Shown piece by piece: positions 60,460-64,000 of a stretch of DNA of 64,000 bases; position 1 is the first letter of the stretch, and each line of letters opens with the position of its first letter. The stretch lies in the NCBI GenBank assembly GCA_002269645.1, contig NIVC01000218.1, forward strand, positions 204,407 to 268,406, read 5' to 3'. A program made the position numbers and the translations under genes. The notes under the pieces are model-generated. The model was not told where the DNA came from. It ran no database searches and saw only the letters and a program-made list of their open reading frames with translations. Origin of the DNA: Macrostomum lignano. Its lineage: Eukaryota.

Positions 60460-61080
60460 ACATATGGTTATTATGGCCCTACACACTGAAGTATTATCAT
60501 CTTGTCACTCTACATATGGTCGTCTTGGGACTCTACATATGGTCATCTTGGCACTCGTCATATAGTCATTTTGGCACTATATACTGAAGTATTATCATCT
60601 TGTCACTCTACATATGGTCATCTTGGCACTCGTCATATGGTCATTTTGGCACTATATCCTGAAGTATTATCATCTTGTCACTCTACATATGGTTATTATG
60701 GCCCTACACACTGAAGTATTATCATCTTGTCACTCTACATATGGTCGTCTTGGGACTCTACATATAGTCATCTTGGCACTCGTCATATAGTCATTTTGGC
60801 ACTATATACTGAAGTATTATCATCTTGTCACTCTACATATGGTCATCTTGGCACTCGTCATATGGTCATTTTGGCACTATATACTGAAGTATTATCATCT
60901 TGTCACTCTACATATGGTCATCTTGGCACTCGTCATATGGTCATTTTGGCACTATATACTGAAGTATTATCATCTTGTCACTCTACATATGGTTATTATG
61001 GCCCTACACACTGAAGTATTATCATCTTGGCACTCTACATATGGTTGTCTTGGCACTCTACATATGGTCATCTTTGCTCT
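60460..61080. repeat. Composite minisatellite (ACTCTACATATGGTCATCTTGGC-based, higher-order)
   Basis: About 23-bp subunits arranged in longer repeated blocks. Confidence 0.9.
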
Positions 61081-61869
61081 TTAAATGTGTTCATCTTGGT
61101 ACTGCATATTTTCAATAGCAACATTATGAACTCGAAACCAGTTCCGTTCTTTCAGCAGAAAAATCTACATCTCCAGAAATCGAAAACCATACGTCAAAGC
61201 AAGTCAGCTGTTGCACCATACATATCATCTCTGAACGTGCGCCTGTCTATACAGTATGTAGTAAAAAAGGAAACGTATTCGGCAGAACAGGAAGTATCAC
61301 TTATTCAGCTCTCTTTGGTAACGGCACAGTTCACTCTCTACCAAGAGGCTTACAGCTGAAGATACGGAATGGTCGTAGACAGACAGACGCATCTGACACG
61401 CTTTGCCCTTAACTGACCCTTAAAAGTTAGCGCTAGAGGGGAAGGGAAACGCCGCCACCAAAAAGGAAATCAATTTCGCACGCCGCAAAGGAAGATGAAT
61501 AAATATAAAACGGGCGCGCTTTAATACTGCGCCCAATCAATGAATTAGTTCGTGAGCGAGCGTGTGTGCGTAATGCAAGTTTACTATAAATGTCAGTCCT
61601 ACATAAGTATACGTCAGTGAATCATTGCCCTGGCAACGGCCATACACTTTTGGCGATAGACTTTGCACAGCATCTAGCTTTATTCTGGGCTATAGGTTAC
61701 AGCGAAAATGATCGGACGGATCCAGAAAAACAGCGTCATTTTTTATGACGGACACAAAACATTCGAGTATGAAATATTCTAAGCACTCTCAAAATCTATT
61801 AATAGTCCGCTCTTATTCGATTGACAGATAATAAACTCAATATTCGATGCACAGACGCAACAATTTCAA

Positions 61870-63058
61870 TCTGATCCCATGCAGTGACACAATAGTCTCA
61901 CTCTGATCCCATGCAGTGACACAATAGTCTCACTTTGATTCCATGCCGTGACACAATATTCTCACTTTGATTCCATGCCGTGACACAGTACTCTCACTAA
62001 GTTCGATACAGTGACACAATATTCTCCCTTTAGTTCGATGCAGTGACACAATATTCTCCCTTTAGTTCGATGCAGTGACACAATATTCTCACTTTAGTTC
62101 GATGCAGTGCCACAATATTCTCACTTCAGTTCGATGCAGTGACACAATATTCTCACTCTGATCCGATACAGTGACACAATATTCTCCCTTTAGTTCGATG
62201 CAGTGACACAATATTCTCACTTTAGTTCGATGCAGTGCCACAATATTCTTACTTTAGTTCGATGCAGTGACACAATATTCTCCCTTTAGTTCGATGCAGT
62301 GACACAATATTCTCACTTTAGTTCGATGCAGTGCCACAATATTCTCACTTTAGTTCGATGCAGTGACACAATATTCTCACTTTAGTTCGATGCAGTGACA
62401 CAATATTCTCACTTCAGTTCGATGCAGTGACACAATATTCTCACTCTGATCCGATACAGTGACACAATATTCTCCCTTTAGTTCGATGCAGTGACACAAT
62501 ATTCTCACTTTAGTTCGATGCAGCGACACAATATTCTCACTTCAGTTCGATGCAGTGACACAATATTCTCACTCTGATCCGATACAGTGACACAATATTC
62601 TCACTTTAGTTCGATGCAGTGACACAATATTCTCACTTTAGTTCGATGCAGTGACACAATATTCTCACTCTGATCCGATACAGTGACACAATATTCTCCC
62701 TTTAGTTCGATGCAGTGACACAATATTCTCACTTTAGTTCGATGCAGTGACACAATATTCTCACTTCAGTTCGATGCAGTGACACAATATTCTCACTCTG
62801 ATCCGATACAGTGACACAATATTCTCACTTTAGTTCGATGCAGTGACACAATATTCTCACTTTAGTTCGATGCAGTGACACAATATTCTCACTCTGATCC
62901 GATGCAGTGACACAATATTGTCACTTTAGTTCGATGCAGTGACACAATATTCTCACTTTAGTTCGATGCAGCGACACAATATTCTCACTTTAGTTCGATG
63001 CAGTGACACAATATTGTCACTTTAGTTCGATGCAGTGACACAATATTGTCACTCATCC
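61870..63058. repeat. 32-bp minisatellite (CAGTGACACAATATTCTCACTTTAGTTCGATG)n
   Basis: About 37 copies. Confidence 0.96.
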
Positions 63059-63819
63059 GATGTAGACACTTCTCTAGACACTCTTCAGCAACGTACAGAC
63101 ATGATAATCTCACTGTGATCCAAAATTGAGATAGCGACAGTAGTATAATATCTGTAGATAAAATATAGGACATTGCCCGATGCTACATAGCAGCCGGCAA
63201 TCTCTACTGCAATGCTGCTACGATTAACGACACGCACAAGCATAGCAAATTATATTATTAGGCAAGTATATGCAATGTGCGTATTGAGCAGTTAGTGGCC
63301 TCGACTGAGCACAAAACACTACAAAGTACAAGAGATTGAGCAGAAAAAGTAGAGAAATTTTGTTCTCATATTTAACCGCACGCAATAAATCAATAATTGG
63401 GATCGGATAGGGGGCATTTCTATAACGAATAAACTCCCTCTTTTCCATCACTTCTTCTTGAGCATATTTGAGCATATATAAGCACGAACACAGTTCACCT
63501 TCTGAAAGAGCCATCTAGCCAGTCAGTCAGGCTGGTTTAACTTCCAGATCAGGCCACTTAACTCATAAGTCAAAATGGATTTTTTTCTTGAAAAATAAGC
63601 CGGCAGCCCGCCAAGCAGAACGATATGAAATATTAATCTGGTCAAAGCTAAGCGATGAAAATCCAATAGTCACGCTTCAGCAGTATTGATGAAAATTCAG
63701 CTATTTTATTAAGGATTTAGGGGCCATTTATTCTTCAAAAAGGTTCAAGACAAAGGAATTATAAGGAACTCCATCATTTTGCTAGTTGCCAAGCTAAACC
63801 CAGGTTTTCGAAAAAATTC

Positions 63820-64000
63820 CGAACCTTTAGTCGAGTCGCGGAAATCTCACTCCAGATGAAGCTTAAGACACGGAAATCTAACCCCCTAGATCCAATGCAG
63901 AGCCATGGAAATCTCACTCTAGATCTATAGCAGAGACAAGGAAATCTCACCCTAGATCTAACGCAGAGACACGGAAATCTCATCCTAGATCCATACAGAG
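63820..64000. repeat. About 33-bp minisatellite (GAAATCTCACCCTAGATCTA..CAGAGACACG)n, runs off the window
   Basis: 4-5 copies. Confidence 0.8.

Noticed and set aside
52780-63058. Regular 32-53-bp arrays as CRISPR arrays
   Set aside because: Contiguous units with no unique spacers, no cas genes, and eukaryotic context.

Overview
Eukaryotic (animal) genomic DNA, not prokaryotic: GC-rich spliced exons, AT-rich intergenic DNA and introns packed with mini/microsatellites and transposons. The style (GC-rich exons, (TCTG)n introns, LINE RT motif) suggests a free-living flatworm such as Macrostomum; this is inference only. Protein-coding content: the 3' part of an unidentified 8-exon coiled-coil gene (<1-8235,+); intronless MCTS1 (21945-22493,+); a secreted PAN-like/LamG protein (25590-26516,+) with a frameshifted, truncated paralog (29578-30103); a 7-exon hillarin/KY-like transglutaminase-fold gene (32549-47914,+); a small Cys/His-rich metallothionein-like gene (49953-50717,-); and a RAPGEF1/C3G-like RasGEF (54191-57839,-). 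The main find, invisible in the ORF track, is a non-coding multi-exon snoRNA host gene at about 13.0-21.0 kb (+). It carries about 18 box C/D candidates and one H/ACA candidate in its introns. Several are U27/U33/U37/U44/U77/U80/SNORD88-type guides, some introns hold 2-3 snoRNAs, and some guides point to rRNA positions I do not recall as methylated in human or yeast. A three-level nested DNA-transposon insertion sits in one of its 3' splice sites. Other mobile DNA: a DIRS/Ngaro tyrosine-recombinase retroelement lacking its RT core, a deleted mariner, Mutator- and hAT-type MITEs with clear TSDs, tRNA-derived SINEs, a LINE fragment and a 762-bp non-coding retroposon with a 15-bp TSD. All rRNA/snoRNA comparisons and modification-site numbers (old human numbering) are from memory of conserved sequences, not a database search. 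Coordinates were counted by hand and may be off by a few bases.
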